Shown in pieces: positions 52,852-62,581 of a stretch of DNA of 64,000 bases; the first letter of the stretch is position 1, and every line of letters starts with the position of its first letter. The position numbers were made by a program, and so were the translations under genes. The stretch comes from Candidatus Nanohaloarchaea archaeon (lineage in GTDB: Archaea > Nanohalarchaeota > Nanosalinia > Nanosalinales > Nanosalinaceae), in assembly GCA_047617745.1 (NCBI GenBank), contig JBLGBN010000001.1, positions 32,001 through 96,000 of the forward strand, in the 5' to 3' direction. The notes beneath the pieces were generated by a model, which saw nothing but the letters and a program-made list of their open reading frames with translations, did not search any database and was not told where the DNA came from.

Positions 52852-55643
52852 TCGGGCATACATCTCAGGCTTTCAGTGGAGGGGTCGTAAAGTCTGAAAG
52901 TGCTGCACTGTGACTGTTCCTCTTCAAATGTATCTGATATCTTCGAATAAGTCCCTCTAACCGCAATCTCTGTCAAGTAGGCAAACGGTCCGAAGGATAA
53001 TGATGCCGTGCTACTATCGGCTGCGGCCTGTGCGTAATCCGACCCTTCAAGATTTTGATTGCAGTCCAGCGCAACAGGGCTGAAACTGATGAGCTTGTCA
53101 CCAGCAGACATTAAGTTGTTTATGAAGTAATCTCTATAATCTTCTACATTGGCGCGGTTGTTGCATACAATATACTCAAGTTCCTGTATCTCAACGTCAC
53201 GGCTATCTCCTGTTTGGACAGAGACAACTGCAACCCCCTTTGAATCTCCCTCTACAGCACTATTCTGAAGTCTTTTCTTTTCTGACTCGGTTAAACCAAT
53301 AGCTGATTCGCCCTCCGAGTAATCAAACTCTCCGGTGTCTAAATCAATATAGTCAAAAGCCTCGGGATCTACGGCAATCTCTCCCCTAGCCAGCCGGGAG
53401 TCCAACATATCGTCTCCTGTAAGCATGTTTTGCTGTATCCGCGACCAGTCGCCGTCCCCTTTAACAACGCTGCATCCTGCTGTTTCCCCAGATCTGCCTG
53501 CATCAGGTCCGTCACACGTGTATTTCCAGTTATCAGAGTCTTCCTGATTGTTGGCGAAACTCTCTGTAACCAGTAGAGGGCAGTTAATGCCTGCGTTAGC
53601 ACAGCGGGTATTAAGAACTCTGAACCTTTCCAGTGGCTCATTAAGCTTTACAGTATAGTTTGACTCTACGCCCATCGTCAAAGTCTCCCCTTCAGGACTG
53701 ATTTCGGCAGGATTACTGAGCTGCATGGTACATCCAAAGAAGGGCGGGTTGTTAGTTGAGTCAAACCATCTGGCTCCTCCGCCATGATCTTTCAATATAT
53801 TCGAAGATTCACCGCTAGGCTTCAGAATGTTCTCCCTATCGGACTGATTAAGTCGGCAGTTCTGTGCGTTTTCGACCTTTTCGACTGCAGAGGATTTCCG
53901 AACTCTCAGCTCCTTTATCTGATACTCTACGTTGCTCTCTTCAGTGTAAAGACTTGCTCTCATAGAGAACGGCTGCGCTGCTGTATCTTCACTTCCAGTC
54001 TGGAGGGTGTCCTGGTTGTAAACAACCGGCGAGTTAACATTTAGAGCTGATTTAACCGGTGTGTCAGCGGTCTCGGACTCCTTCCAGCTCTTCTCAATAT
54101 CAGGGTTTGATATCAGGGTTTCCTGTGCCATAGCATCAAAGTAAAGCGTGGCCTGGGAGAAATAGTCATACTTCACATCCAGTATAACTGTTCTCGTCTG
54201 TCCAGCGCCCGGCTGAAGCATACCGCAGTCCTCAAGCGTGAAGTCATTAATTGTGAGGAATCCTGTAGTCGCTGCAGTTCCAGGATAGAGATCGTTCCCC
54301 GAGAACTTTCCATCACGACTGCTAATATTATATCCATCTATAGGCTTCCAGTTAGTATCACAGAACGGATCGTTACGGCCTCTATCGAAGTCTATAACCC
54401 TTATTCTGTAGCTGACGTTATATGCATTAATCCCTTTAAGGCCGTTTCTGGAGTTGGATAATCCAAATGATACCGGGATTTCGTAATCCCTGTTTTTGTA
54501 GGCTATATCCAGCCGGTTGCCAGACCCTACCTCCAGTCTGTCAATATCTAATAGATACTGTTCGCCTACAGATTCCGAGCCGGGATTCCTAGTATTGTTA
54601 AGCCTCCAGGCCCTCAAGCAGGCAGGACCCTCCAAAAGACAGTAAACACGCTGCCGAGCCTCTATAACAGGATCCATGTACTGCTCCATGTTTATCTGAA
54701 TACCAGCGACATAGCGGTCAGCTACTTCTCCACCGACATAGTTACCATAGTCAGAACCTAAACCTAGGGCGGCCGTTACAGGTCCAAGAACTACAGGAGC
54801 TAATAATTGTAAATAGAAGATAAAGAAACCGAGTACTAAAATAAGCTGCAGTACAAACACCACCGCCGCTGCAACGACAATTGCTATTGCAGCCCAACCG
54901 GCCGGGTTGGAAGCGACTGCTGCAGCTTCACCAGCGGCTGCGCCAGCTGCTTCTGCGCCTGCAGCATCCATTCCGAAAACCTCAGCTAACTCACCTATTA
55001 CGGCCTCCATGTCAGCTGACAAGAGGCCTTCTTCAGAGGCGGTGGAGGCAGCTCCTTCTGTATTAACTTGTATCTCATTATATACTCCGCGAGCCTTCTC
55101 AGCTGTTTCCTTAGCCGTACCCGCAGCCCCTACAGCGCCTTCGGCCATAGATGTTAGCTCTCCACCGGTATCCGGCATTTCTCGTTGTGCTATGCTTCCG
55201 CCCAATGCAGACTTTATAGCCAAAATTAACAATGTTAGAACTCCTGAACCCAGCACAATCAAACCTAAGCTGAATACAGTTCCAATCCAGAAACTAGGAT
55301 TGAGAGGTTGCATAGAGCTTAAGGGGAAAAGGAAAAAAGCAAAGATGGCGCCGTTCAATAGCTGTACGGAGACTGCCAGCTTTTTATTTCTCTTAAACTT
55401 ATTATAGCCACCACTAAAAAAATGCCCAATCTCAGAGGTTACAACTCCAAGTGTATGTAAGGGTAATTGAATAAATAACCACACTGGTACACGGATTGCC
55501 AAGTATATAACTATCAAATCGACCTTTATACATAATTTAACGTACTTCCAACCAAGGAAAAGGATAGGAACCCATACAAAACCGCCTATGGGAATTGTTA
55601 GAATCATTAAAATTAGGAGGCCTATTAACTTCCCTGTATCCAC
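52848..55643 (-). CDS. 931-aa membrane protein: N-terminal TMs, Ala-rich SNPAGW segment, Cys-rich ectodomain related to the lipoproteins
   Basis: Hydrophobic N-terminal third; VKYDYFSQATL, TPVKSAL, ESNYTV motifs. Confidence 0.82.
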   Translation of the reverse strand: MDTGKLIGLLILMILTIPIGGFVWVPILFLGWKYVKLCIKVDLIVIYLAIRVPVWLFIQLPLHTLGVVTSEIGHFFSGGYNKFKRNKKLAVSVQLLNGAIFAFFLFPLSSMQPLNPSFWIGTVFSLGLIVLGSGVLTLLILAIKSALGGSIAQREMPDTGGELTSMAEGAVGAAGTAKETAEKARGVYNEIQVNTEGAASTASEEGLLSADMEAVIGELAEVFGMDAAGAEAAGAAAGEAAAVASNPAGWAAIAIVVAAAVVFVLQLILVLGFFIFYLQLLAPVVLGPVTAALGLGSDYGNYVGGEVADRYVAGIQINMEQYMDPVIEARQRVYCLLEGPACLRAWRLNNTRNPGSESVGEQYLLDIDRLEVGSGNRLDIAYKNRDYEIPVSFGLSNSRNGLKGINAYNVSYRIRVIDFDRGRNDPFCDTNWKPIDGYNISSRDGKFSGNDLYPGTAATTGFLTINDFTLEDCGMLQPGAGQTRTVILDVKYDYFSQATLYFDAMAQETLISNPDIEKSWKESETADTPVKSALNVNSPVVYNQDTLQTGSEDTAAQPFSMRASLYTEESNVEYQIKELRVRKSSAVEKVENAQNCRLNQSDRENILKPSGESSNILKDHGGGARWFDSTNNPPFFGCTMQLSNPAEISPEGETLTMGVESNYTVKLNEPLERFRVLNTRCANAGINCPLLVTESFANNQEDSDNWKYTCDGPDAGRSGETAGCSVVKGDGDWSRIQQNMLTGDDMLDSRLARGEIAVDPEAFDYIDLDTGEFDYSEGESAIGLTESEKKRLQNSAVEGDSKGVAVVSVQTGDSRDVEIQELEYIVCNNRANVEDYRDYFINNLMSAGDKLISFSPVALDCNQNLEGSDYAQAAADSSTASLSFGPFAYLTEIAVRGTYSKISDTFEEEQSQCSTFRLYDPSTESLRCMPD

Positions 55644-56779
55644 TATTCTTCACCTTCTGTGTAAACCCTCAAATTATCCAGCTGATACGTCCCGTTGCTT
55701 CTGAACGAGAACGTGTTTTCCCCCTGTATAACATCTTCTTCCAGTTCAATAGTGTTTTCCCCGTTCTCAGGATTCATTGTCTCACTGTAATCGTTAAGAC
55801 GGATATTCACTGGCCTAGGGGACGGAAGAAGATTCTGGTATTCGAAACTGATGTACTCCGAAGTGTCCTCCTGATTCGCCAGATCCAACTGGTCATCGTT
55901 CAGCTCGAAATCAAACTCTATGTTCTGTCTCTCAACATTTCCTATGTACCTCATTGTCATCTGGGCGTTCTCTATGTTGTATTCCGAAGGCCGATCTGTC
56001 GAGAAAGTGATCTGGTTTGAGCCAGGATCAAGATTTGCGTTACGCGGAGTGATCTCCACTTCCTCCTGTGATCGGACCTGATCTTTCGAGTAAACCGTCT
56101 GGTCATTAATGGTTATTTCAAGAGGCGATGTCTTGATCGAATCGGTTATAGTAAACGTTAGCGGACTCTCGACATAGTCTTCAAGCTCGTAACTGTAGAT
56201 CTGGAAGTTATCTTCGTAGTCGTGGAACTTTCTATCATTAACTCTAGCTTCAACCTCCTCTAGAGCATAATTTGTAGAACCGAAGAACGATTCTCTCTCA
56301 ACTCCTATCTCGAACCGGTTTATACCTGTTTTCAGAGCGCTTCTCGGTACTTCAACCCGCGGCGATCCCGTAGCGATAAGCGGTTCGGAGAAAAGCCTCT
56401 GACCATTAACTTCCACGTAAACACTTCCCTGACCTTCTCTACCGAGCACCTCAAAAGTAACATTACCTGTTCTTGGCTGCGTGGCGTTGTAACGGAATAC
56501 TATATTTTCTCCGCCGAAGAGGCTGTCACTTATAGACGCCTCCTCGTTTCTGTAAGCCCTGATATTGCCTCTAGCTTCTCCAACTGTAAAATCACCGAAC
56601 TCGATTACTCTGTCGTCCGGGTTGGATTCACCCAGTTTTCCGTAACTCTTGTCAACAAATACACTTTCAGTATCCTGAGATTCACCGGTTAGAAAACCTC
56701 CATCAGCGCTGTTAGCTACGAATACAAGTCCGAAAACTGCGATACCTATCGCCACTACTACGCCGAACTTCTCCTCCAT
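55643..56779 (-). CDS. N-terminally anchored extracellular beta-sandwich repeat protein
   Basis: Start MEEKFGVVVAIG; three repeats with V/I.V/IN...G.N.F/I. Confidence 0.78.
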   Translation of the reverse strand: MEEKFGVVVAIGIAVFGLVFVANSADGGFLTGESQDTESVFVDKSYGKLGESNPDDRVIEFGDFTVGEARGNIRAYRNEEASISDSLFGGENIVFRYNATQPRTGNVTFEVLGREGQGSVYVEVNGQRLFSEPLIATGSPRVEVPRSALKTGINRFEIGVERESFFGSTNYALEEVEARVNDRKFHDYEDNFQIYSYELEDYVESPLTFTITDSIKTSPLEITINDQTVYSKDQVRSQEEVEITPRNANLDPGSNQITFSTDRPSEYNIENAQMTMRYIGNVERQNIEFDFELNDDQLDLANQEDTSEYISFEYQNLLPSPRPVNIRLNDYSETMNPENGENTIELEEDVIQGENTFSFRSNGTYQLDNLRVYTEGEE

Positions 56780-56831
56780 GCATTTACCTGAGTTTTCTAG
56801 GTTTTTATTTGTAGGTCGACCTTTCTGCTCT

Positions 56832-57821
56832 ATGAAACTGTTAAACACGGATAGAACTGAAGGATATGCCAAGATAAGAATAGAGAATGAAGACGATCTC
56901 TGGCATCTGAAAGATTTCATCAAGCCAGGCGACAAACTCAGAGCGCTAACTCAGAGGACGAAACTGGAAGGCAGAGAGAAGAAAACTTTGAAGTTGACGC
57001 TTGAGGCCGAGAAAATCGAGTACCAGGAAAACCGATTAAGAGTTACCGGTGAGATAACTGAAGGTCATGAGGATATCGAACTGGGTTACCACACCTTCAA
57101 TCTCGAGCCGGAGATGGAGTTCGATATCTGGCGAGATTTCACCGAAGAGGATTTCAACAAACTTGAAGAGTTCGAGGAAAAACGGTCTTACCAGGTTCTG
57201 TTCTGTCTGATAGAGAAAGGGAAGGCGGATTTCTACATGGTAGAAGAATCAGGTATAAAGGATATGTCAGGCGTTGAGCAGAATATACCTGGTAAAATGT
57301 ATGCAGATCAGAAAGAGGGCGAGGATTTCTACAAGAAAGTTAAGAGTGCAATTGAAAGATCCGCAGAAGATATAGATAACATAGTTCTAGCCGGTCCTGG
57401 GATGGAGAAGAACAAGGTGAAGAACCTTCTATCAGATGAAGTCCAGTCGAAAGTTTTCATGCAGGACACTTCAGTTACTGGTGAAACAGGGCTAAGAGAA
57501 GCTATCAAGAGAGGAGGGTTAAAGAAGGTTGTAGAAGACTCCAGAATCTCAGAGGAAACACAGATGGTTGAAGAGTTACTGGAGGAGATCAGGGAAGACG
57601 GAAAAGCGAGTTATGGAGAACCTGTAAAAGATCTCGCCGAGCAGGGAGCGGTGGAAAAACTACTTATCACACCTGAGAAAAACCGTGAGAACCCGGAACT
57701 TTCAAAGACAGTTGAGAGAAACGGGGGCGAGACGGTTATCATTCATACCGATCATGAGGCCGGGCAGCGTTTAGAGAAGCTTGGCGGAATAGCCGCGCTT
57801 CTGAGGTACAGTCCTAATTAA
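56832..57821 (+). CDS. pelA: mRNA surveillance protein pelota
   Basis: ENEDDLWHL, LRVTGEI, GYHTFNL, LAGPG, ASYG, GAVEKLLI, LGGIAALLRY. Confidence 0.95.
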   Translation: MKLLNTDRTEGYAKIRIENEDDLWHLKDFIKPGDKLRALTQRTKLEGREKKTLKLTLEAEKIEYQENRLRVTGEITEGHEDIELGYHTFNLEPEMEFDIWRDFTEEDFNKLEEFEEKRSYQVLFCLIEKGKADFYMVEESGIKDMSGVEQNIPGKMYADQKEGEDFYKKVKSAIERSAEDIDNIVLAGPGMEKNKVKNLLSDEVQSKVFMQDTSVTGETGLREAIKRGGLKKVVEDSRISEETQMVEELLEEIREDGKASYGEPVKDLAEQGAVEKLLITPEKNRENPELSKTVERNGGETVIIHTDHEAGQRLEKLGGIAALLRYSPN

Positions 57822-58939
57822 CGGTCGGATCTCGCGCCTAATGTGACCGGTATGCTCATTTTCTCCTCGTTCCGTATGACTGTTACGTTTACTTCCTGTC
57901 CTACCTCGGTTTCTCGGGAAAGGTAGAGTAAAATATCGTTTATACCTCTAACATTATCGCCGTTTATCCCGATAATAACATCTCCTCCGAGATTGATCGG
58001 GTTGCCGTTGATATTTTCGGTCTCATTTCCTGCCTGGATACCTGCTTGATCAGCCGGGCTATCCTCTACTACATCAACCACCAGGAAACCTGTGGTGTTT
58101 TCAAGCTCCATTCTGTCCGCAATCTCCGGATTCACATCGACACCTGATACGCCAAGCCATGGATGCTGATGGTTCTGATCATCGATAAGAGACGGTACAA
58201 CATTCTTTACAGTGTTTGAAGGTATGGCAAAACCTACACCGGAAAAAGTGCCAGTACTTGATTCAATCGCGGTGTTAACGCCGATAACCTCGCCCTGAAC
58301 GTTTAGGAGAGGTCCTCCAGAGTTACCAGGGTTTATGGCGGCATCCGTCTGTAGTACATTGGGCGTTGAAAATCCGCCCTGAGTTCTAAGGCTTCTGCCT
58401 TTCTGGGAGATTATTCCTGAGGTCATAGAGCTTCTTAGACCGAATGGATTTCCGATTGCAACCGCTCTCTGCCCCACTTGAACCTCGGAGGAGTCTCCTA
58501 ATTCCAGGGGTTCAAGACCTCTCTTGTTGACTTTCAGGACGGCCAGATCGGTGTAGGGATCAGTCCCTACAATCGTGGCTCTTCTGGTTGATCCGTCTAT
58601 GAAACCGACTTCTACTCTTTCGGCTCCTTCAACAACATGTGCATTCGTAACAATATAACCGTCGCCGCTGTAGACAAAACCGGATCCCTGTGACCCTTCA
58701 GCGCCGTAGGCACGGATATAGACTGCAGACTGGTCAACCGAGTTGAAAAGCTCAGAAAGCCCGGAATTGTCAGTATAGTTGAGCTGAACGATGTTTGCGC
58801 TCCTCTCTAGATCGTCGACCCTATCATTTAATCTGTCAAGCTCTGAGTTCATGTAGTCAAAAGTTACAGCTCCGCCAGCTACTGCGCCTACGACAAGAAA
58901 TACCGCTGACACCGCCACTATACTGGAATCCGGTTTCAC
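57818..58939 (-). CDS. htrA: HtrA/DegP serine protease with PDZ domain
   Basis: GSGF, TNAHVV, DLAVLK, QTDAAINPGNSGGPL, PDZ domain; N-terminal TM; start uncertain. Confidence 0.95.
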   Translation of the reverse strand: MKPDSSIVAVSAVFLVVGAVAGGAVTFDYMNSELDRLNDRVDDLERSANIVQLNYTDNSGLSELFNSVDQSAVYIRAYGAEGSQGSGFVYSGDGYIVTNAHVVEGAERVEVGFIDGSTRRATIVGTDPYTDLAVLKVNKRGLEPLELGDSSEVQVGQRAVAIGNPFGLRSSMTSGIISQKGRSLRTQGGFSTPNVLQTDAAINPGNSGGPLLNVQGEVIGVNTAIESSTGTFSGVGFAIPSNTVKNVVPSLIDDQNHQHPWLGVSGVDVNPEIADRMELENTTGFLVVDVVEDSPADQAGIQAGNETENINGNPINLGGDVIIGINGDNVRGINDILLYLSRETEVGQEVNVTVIRNEEKMSIPVTLGARSDR

Positions 58940-58992
58940 AGGGGTAAACTCCTTACTGAAAGTTTTATACCAACCGGCCACAAACCCTTCAA

Positions 58993-59358
58993 ATGCTGAT
59001 GGAGCTTAGAAAACATTTTTTCGAACTTACGCCTCTTGGGAAAGCCGACAAGGACGTTAGGGAATACCTTAGAGAGAACCTTGATGAGCAACAGTTCGCA
59101 CGGTACCACAGAGCTCTCTCCCATTACCGCCATATGAAGGTTATACAGAGCTCTCTGAAACTGCTTTTCTACGCCAGTATAATTACCTCAATAGCGGCTA
59201 CCCTTGGTTTCAACCAGGCACAGATCATACAGCGGATCGCATCCTATCTTGGAACATCGCTGATATTCATTCTTTACGCAGCCACAAGCTACATTACGAT
59301 GATCAGAAGAGAAACCTACCATGTGCAGAGAGAAATACTGATATCAAAAGCGTCTTGA
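58993..59358 (+). CDS. Two-TM membrane protein
   Basis: Two hydrophobic helices, basic composition. Confidence 0.7.
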   Translation: MLMELRKHFFELTPLGKADKDVREYLRENLDEQQFARYHRALSHYRHMKVIQSSLKLLFYASIITSIAATLGFNQAQIIQRIASYLGTSLIFILYAATSYITMIRRETYHVQREILISKAS

Positions 59359-59538
59359 CAAATACAAGTAGCGTCAGGGGTGGACGTACTAACTCACGTG
59401 CAACGTCCTCAGTAGGAACGGTGTTTTCAACTATAGATTATAGAGTAAATTATTAATAGGAAACGGAATGTAGAACTCCTTGCTGACTGAGGCCTTCTTG
59501 TAGAAAGTATAAAGAGTTCTATTAATCTGCTCGGAGAT

Positions 59539-59679
59539 ATGAAACTGCAGGAGCAGAAGAACGGACAGAAAATGATCACAATCCCGGCCCAGATTGCGAG
59601 AGCCAAGGGCTGGAAAAAAGGAGATAAACTGAAGTGGAGAGTTGGTGAAGATGGCAAACTTATCTTGGAAAAAGATTAG
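59539..59679 (+). CDS. AbrB/SpoVT/MazE family DNA-binding protein (46 aa)
   Basis: Manual translation MKLQEQKNGQKMITIPAQIARAKGWKKGDKLKWRVGEDGKLILEKD. Confidence 0.88.
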   Translation: MKLQEQKNGQKMITIPAQIARAKGWKKGDKLKWRVGEDGKLILEKD

Positions 59680-59750
59680 GAACAATTTCAGGCTTCGCTC
59701 ATTATTTTCGACCTCTTAACTAAAGATTTCAAATTCTATAGGGATTCTCA

Positions 59751-59784
59751 TAATTAACAAGTTAATTAACAAGTTAACTAATTA
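59751..59784. repeat. Tandem 12-bp AT-rich repeats (operator/iteron candidate)
   Basis: TAATTAACAAGT x2 plus partial TAACTAATTA. Confidence 0.7.
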
Positions 59785-59884
59785 CTCTTTATTTCCACTA
59801 TAGATGTTTTTTAGCGCTTCAAATCTATATAGCTGCCTCAAGAAAGGGTTATTTAAACTTTAATAGTCTTATTAATCCTGAACA

Positions 59885-59992
59885 ATGAATGTGGATGAAA
59901 AACTACGAGAATACTTCCGTGAAAATCTGAGAGAAAGGGCCGCAGAGAACGGCCCAGAGAAAGATGTTCGAAATGTACAGGCTTCAGCGTGA
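59885..59992 (+). CDS. 35-aa hypothetical peptide
   Basis: MNVDEKLREYFRENLRERAAENGPEKDVRNVQASA downstream of TATTTAAA; overlaps the next ORF start. Confidence 0.4.
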   Translation: MNVDEKLREYFRENLRERAAENGPEKDVRNVQASA

Positions 59993-60287
59993 CTCAAAAA
60001 ATTTTCTGAAAGAGAAGGAGGAACGAGAAAAAGTAAATCGGACTTTCTATCTCTTCCAAGACCAGCTTGAAGCATTACAGGACACCGGCGCTCCCTCCCG
60101 GAAACTGCGAGAAGCACTCGATCACTACCTTCAACCGGGAAACGGAGATATACCCCTTAGTGTGGTAAAGGAAGTGCTTGAACACCTACACTACCACGCT
60201 GAGAGCCAAGAGATCAAAGATGCAATCCACACAGTAGAGGAATCTCTATACAGCTCAAGCCCAAAGGTGAAACCGAATGACGGCTGA
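59964..60287 (+). CDS. Ribbon-helix-helix (CopG-like) regulator
   Basis: KVNRTFYLFQDQLEAL...SRKLREALDHYL beta-alpha-alpha pattern. Confidence 0.7.
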   Translation: MFEMYRLQRDSKNFLKEKEEREKVNRTFYLFQDQLEALQDTGAPSRKLREALDHYLQPGNGDIPLSVVKEVLEHLHYHAESQEIKDAIHTVEESLYSSSPKVKPNDG

Positions 60288-62508
60288 GGTTGAACTCGAA
60301 CCTGTGGAAATAGATATCGATGGAATGCCTCATGAGGAACCTTTCTATAAATTCAAAATAGGTAACACAGAGAAGATGGTGGTTATCGATAAGTATCAGA
60401 ATAACTACGAGGTCAAGGTAGAAGATATAGACGGTAAAACCGTTTTTCCTGCGATAGAAATGAAAGGTGAGTTCTGGAAGAATCAACAGAAAACCAGTAA
60501 GCTTGTGAACCAGTTTAATGACGCCGAAATCGGCGTAGAGTTTAATAAAAACAATTTCCGGATTCAAATAGCTCAGGAGCTCACCCAACAGCTGGAGCTA
60601 CACACAGACCTTATTATCGATAACCAAGAATATGACGAAAAAGAAACAATAGAGGAAAGATACGGTACAGATACTATAGAAAAGGCCGAGGATCTTTTGG
60701 AGAATCGTAATATCCTGAAAAAAGTGAAAACCGTTCTGGATCATCGTATTGCCGGAGAAGATCTCAACAAGCTCGGGATATTTCTGCAGCTTCTATCGAA
60801 AGACACAGAAAAACCGTTAATGATATTCGGAGTTCAGAAACAGGGAGAGGGCAAGAGTTACATAGCGAAAAATGTGTTAAACCTGTTCCCGGATCACGCA
60901 GTCAAAGATGTAACCGATATGACTAAAGCTGCGCTTTACCGGCATGCAGATGAAGAACCCGATTACTTCGACGGAAAGATAGTGTTCTTCGGCGAGATAC
61001 CTGAGAAAGAAGAGGACCGCGAGATCTTTCAGATATTTCGCCAGTTGGTTAGTGAAGGCGAGGTCAGCAAGGAGTTAGTAATTGAGAGGAATGGTGAACT
61101 AAAGCCTGTAGAGCTACGTCTGGAAGGATCGCCTGTGGTACTTTCTACTACGGTGAATCCAGGAGTGATCGATGAACAGGATATGAGCCGGGGGATGGCT
61201 TACAGTCCAGAGATGACAAAAAAGCAGAATGAGAAGGTTCGCAGTTTCCAGAACAGGAAAAGAGAATTTCCAGAAGAAGTGGTGAACCCTGGAAAAATTA
61301 AGGAGTTGGAAGAGATAATCCAGTGTGCGATGGATATACTTTCTAGAGATGAGGTCGATTTACAGAACCCGTTTGTACGTGATATGAGCAGGGAAGTTCC
61401 AAATAATACTGATAACGTTAAACGAGATTATCCGAAGACTTTGCAGATAGCTACGGAGATGCCGGCCTATCTCTATCACAGACAGCGTCCGAAAATGGAA
61501 GTATACAGCGGCGAGAAGACATTCGTTGTATGGAAGGATCTGGTTCGAGGAGTAGTAATCAACAGAAAGTTCATCAATAATATGATCCGAGGTAGGACCG
61601 AATCGGCAATGGATGCGTTCAGAGAGATAAAAGGACAGGTTGAACGAATTGAAAAGAAGTACAACGATATCTCAGACTATAAAGACAGAGTAGAACTCTC
61701 TGACGATCTTAGTTTCACTAGTGACGACTTGTCGAAGTGGATGGGTATATCCACTCAAACTGCTAGAGAGTACCTTAGGAAGCTTGACCGTATGGAATTG
61801 ATCTACAAGGACTCAGATGTGAAGCCTCACAACCATTATCTAATAAAGAAAGAATTAATGGAAACCGAAGGAATAACGCTGCAAGGTCTCTATAATATTT
61901 TAGCATCCGTCTTTAACCGTAAAGAGATCGGAGAATGGGCGAAACAGTATATCAGTAATACTGACTTAGATGTAAGTCAAAATAACCTCTTGGATAAAAT
62001 AGGGTTTTCTCAAGATGATCTTCCTGTATGTGTAGATATCGGTATCGAAATAGATCCTACACTTCCTACCCCTCTCTATATGGAGAATACAGAATCTAAA
62101 ATCGAAGAACCTACATACGTTAAAATAGAAATAGAAGGCTCTGAAATAGCCTGCACGTTTGGCAGCGTAGATAAAAAGCTTTCAGAGGATAAGAATCCAA
62201 AAATTAAATCCGAGAATGAATCTATTCAGAAGCCGGAAAGTCCTTTAGGTGAACGTGTCTGGGGTTCTACTTCTTATGGAAACCCGATAGCAGTGCCTTT
62301 TGTGGTTTCTGATCCGGTTAACGATCCTAATTTTGACTTCACTGAGGAAGAAGTTTTAGACTACATACAGAAGGCGAGTTGGTTGGAGTATAATCCTGAA
62401 AACGATACAGTGACAAGAACAGCTGGTCAAGAAGAAAACCTGATCCACAGTTCAAAAGTTGATGGCGAAAAAGAAGCCATAGTCGGAAAGGTGAATACAT
62501 CTAAATGA
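60277..62508 (+). CDS. AAA+ (MCM/Cch-like) putative replicative helicase with winged HTH
   Basis: IAGED, Walker A variant GVQKQGEGKS, MTKAALY, VFFGE, STT sensor, DEQDMSR finger, wHTH FTSDDLSKWMGISTQTAREYLRKL. Confidence 0.7.
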   Translation: MTAEVELEPVEIDIDGMPHEEPFYKFKIGNTEKMVVIDKYQNNYEVKVEDIDGKTVFPAIEMKGEFWKNQQKTSKLVNQFNDAEIGVEFNKNNFRIQIAQELTQQLELHTDLIIDNQEYDEKETIEERYGTDTIEKAEDLLENRNILKKVKTVLDHRIAGEDLNKLGIFLQLLSKDTEKPLMIFGVQKQGEGKSYIAKNVLNLFPDHAVKDVTDMTKAALYRHADEEPDYFDGKIVFFGEIPEKEEDREIFQIFRQLVSEGEVSKELVIERNGELKPVELRLEGSPVVLSTTVNPGVIDEQDMSRGMAYSPEMTKKQNEKVRSFQNRKREFPEEVVNPGKIKELEEIIQCAMDILSRDEVDLQNPFVRDMSREVPNNTDNVKRDYPKTLQIATEMPAYLYHRQRPKMEVYSGEKTFVVWKDLVRGVVINRKFINNMIRGRTESAMDAFREIKGQVERIEKKYNDISDYKDRVELSDDLSFTSDDLSKWMGISTQTAREYLRKLDRMELIYKDSDVKPHNHYLIKKELMETEGITLQGLYNILASVFNRKEIGEWAKQYISNTDLDVSQNNLLDKIGFSQDDLPVCVDIGIEIDPTLPTPLYMENTESKIEEPTYVKIEIEGSEIACTFGSVDKKLSEDKNPKIKSENESIQKPESPLGERVWGSTSYGNPIAVPFVVSDPVNDPNFDFTEEEVLDYIQKASWLEYNPENDTVTRTAGQEENLIHSSKVDGEKEAIVGKVNTSK

Positions 62509-62581
62509 CTATCTATTTCCGGCAACTTACAGGTTTTTACTGGACTTCGAAACCTACCATATATTATATTGCGCGTGGAAG

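Noticed and set aside
59885..59930. DEKLREYFRENL resembles DKDVREYLRENL in ORF 58993..59358
   Set aside because: Too short and not extendable at DNA level; likely chance
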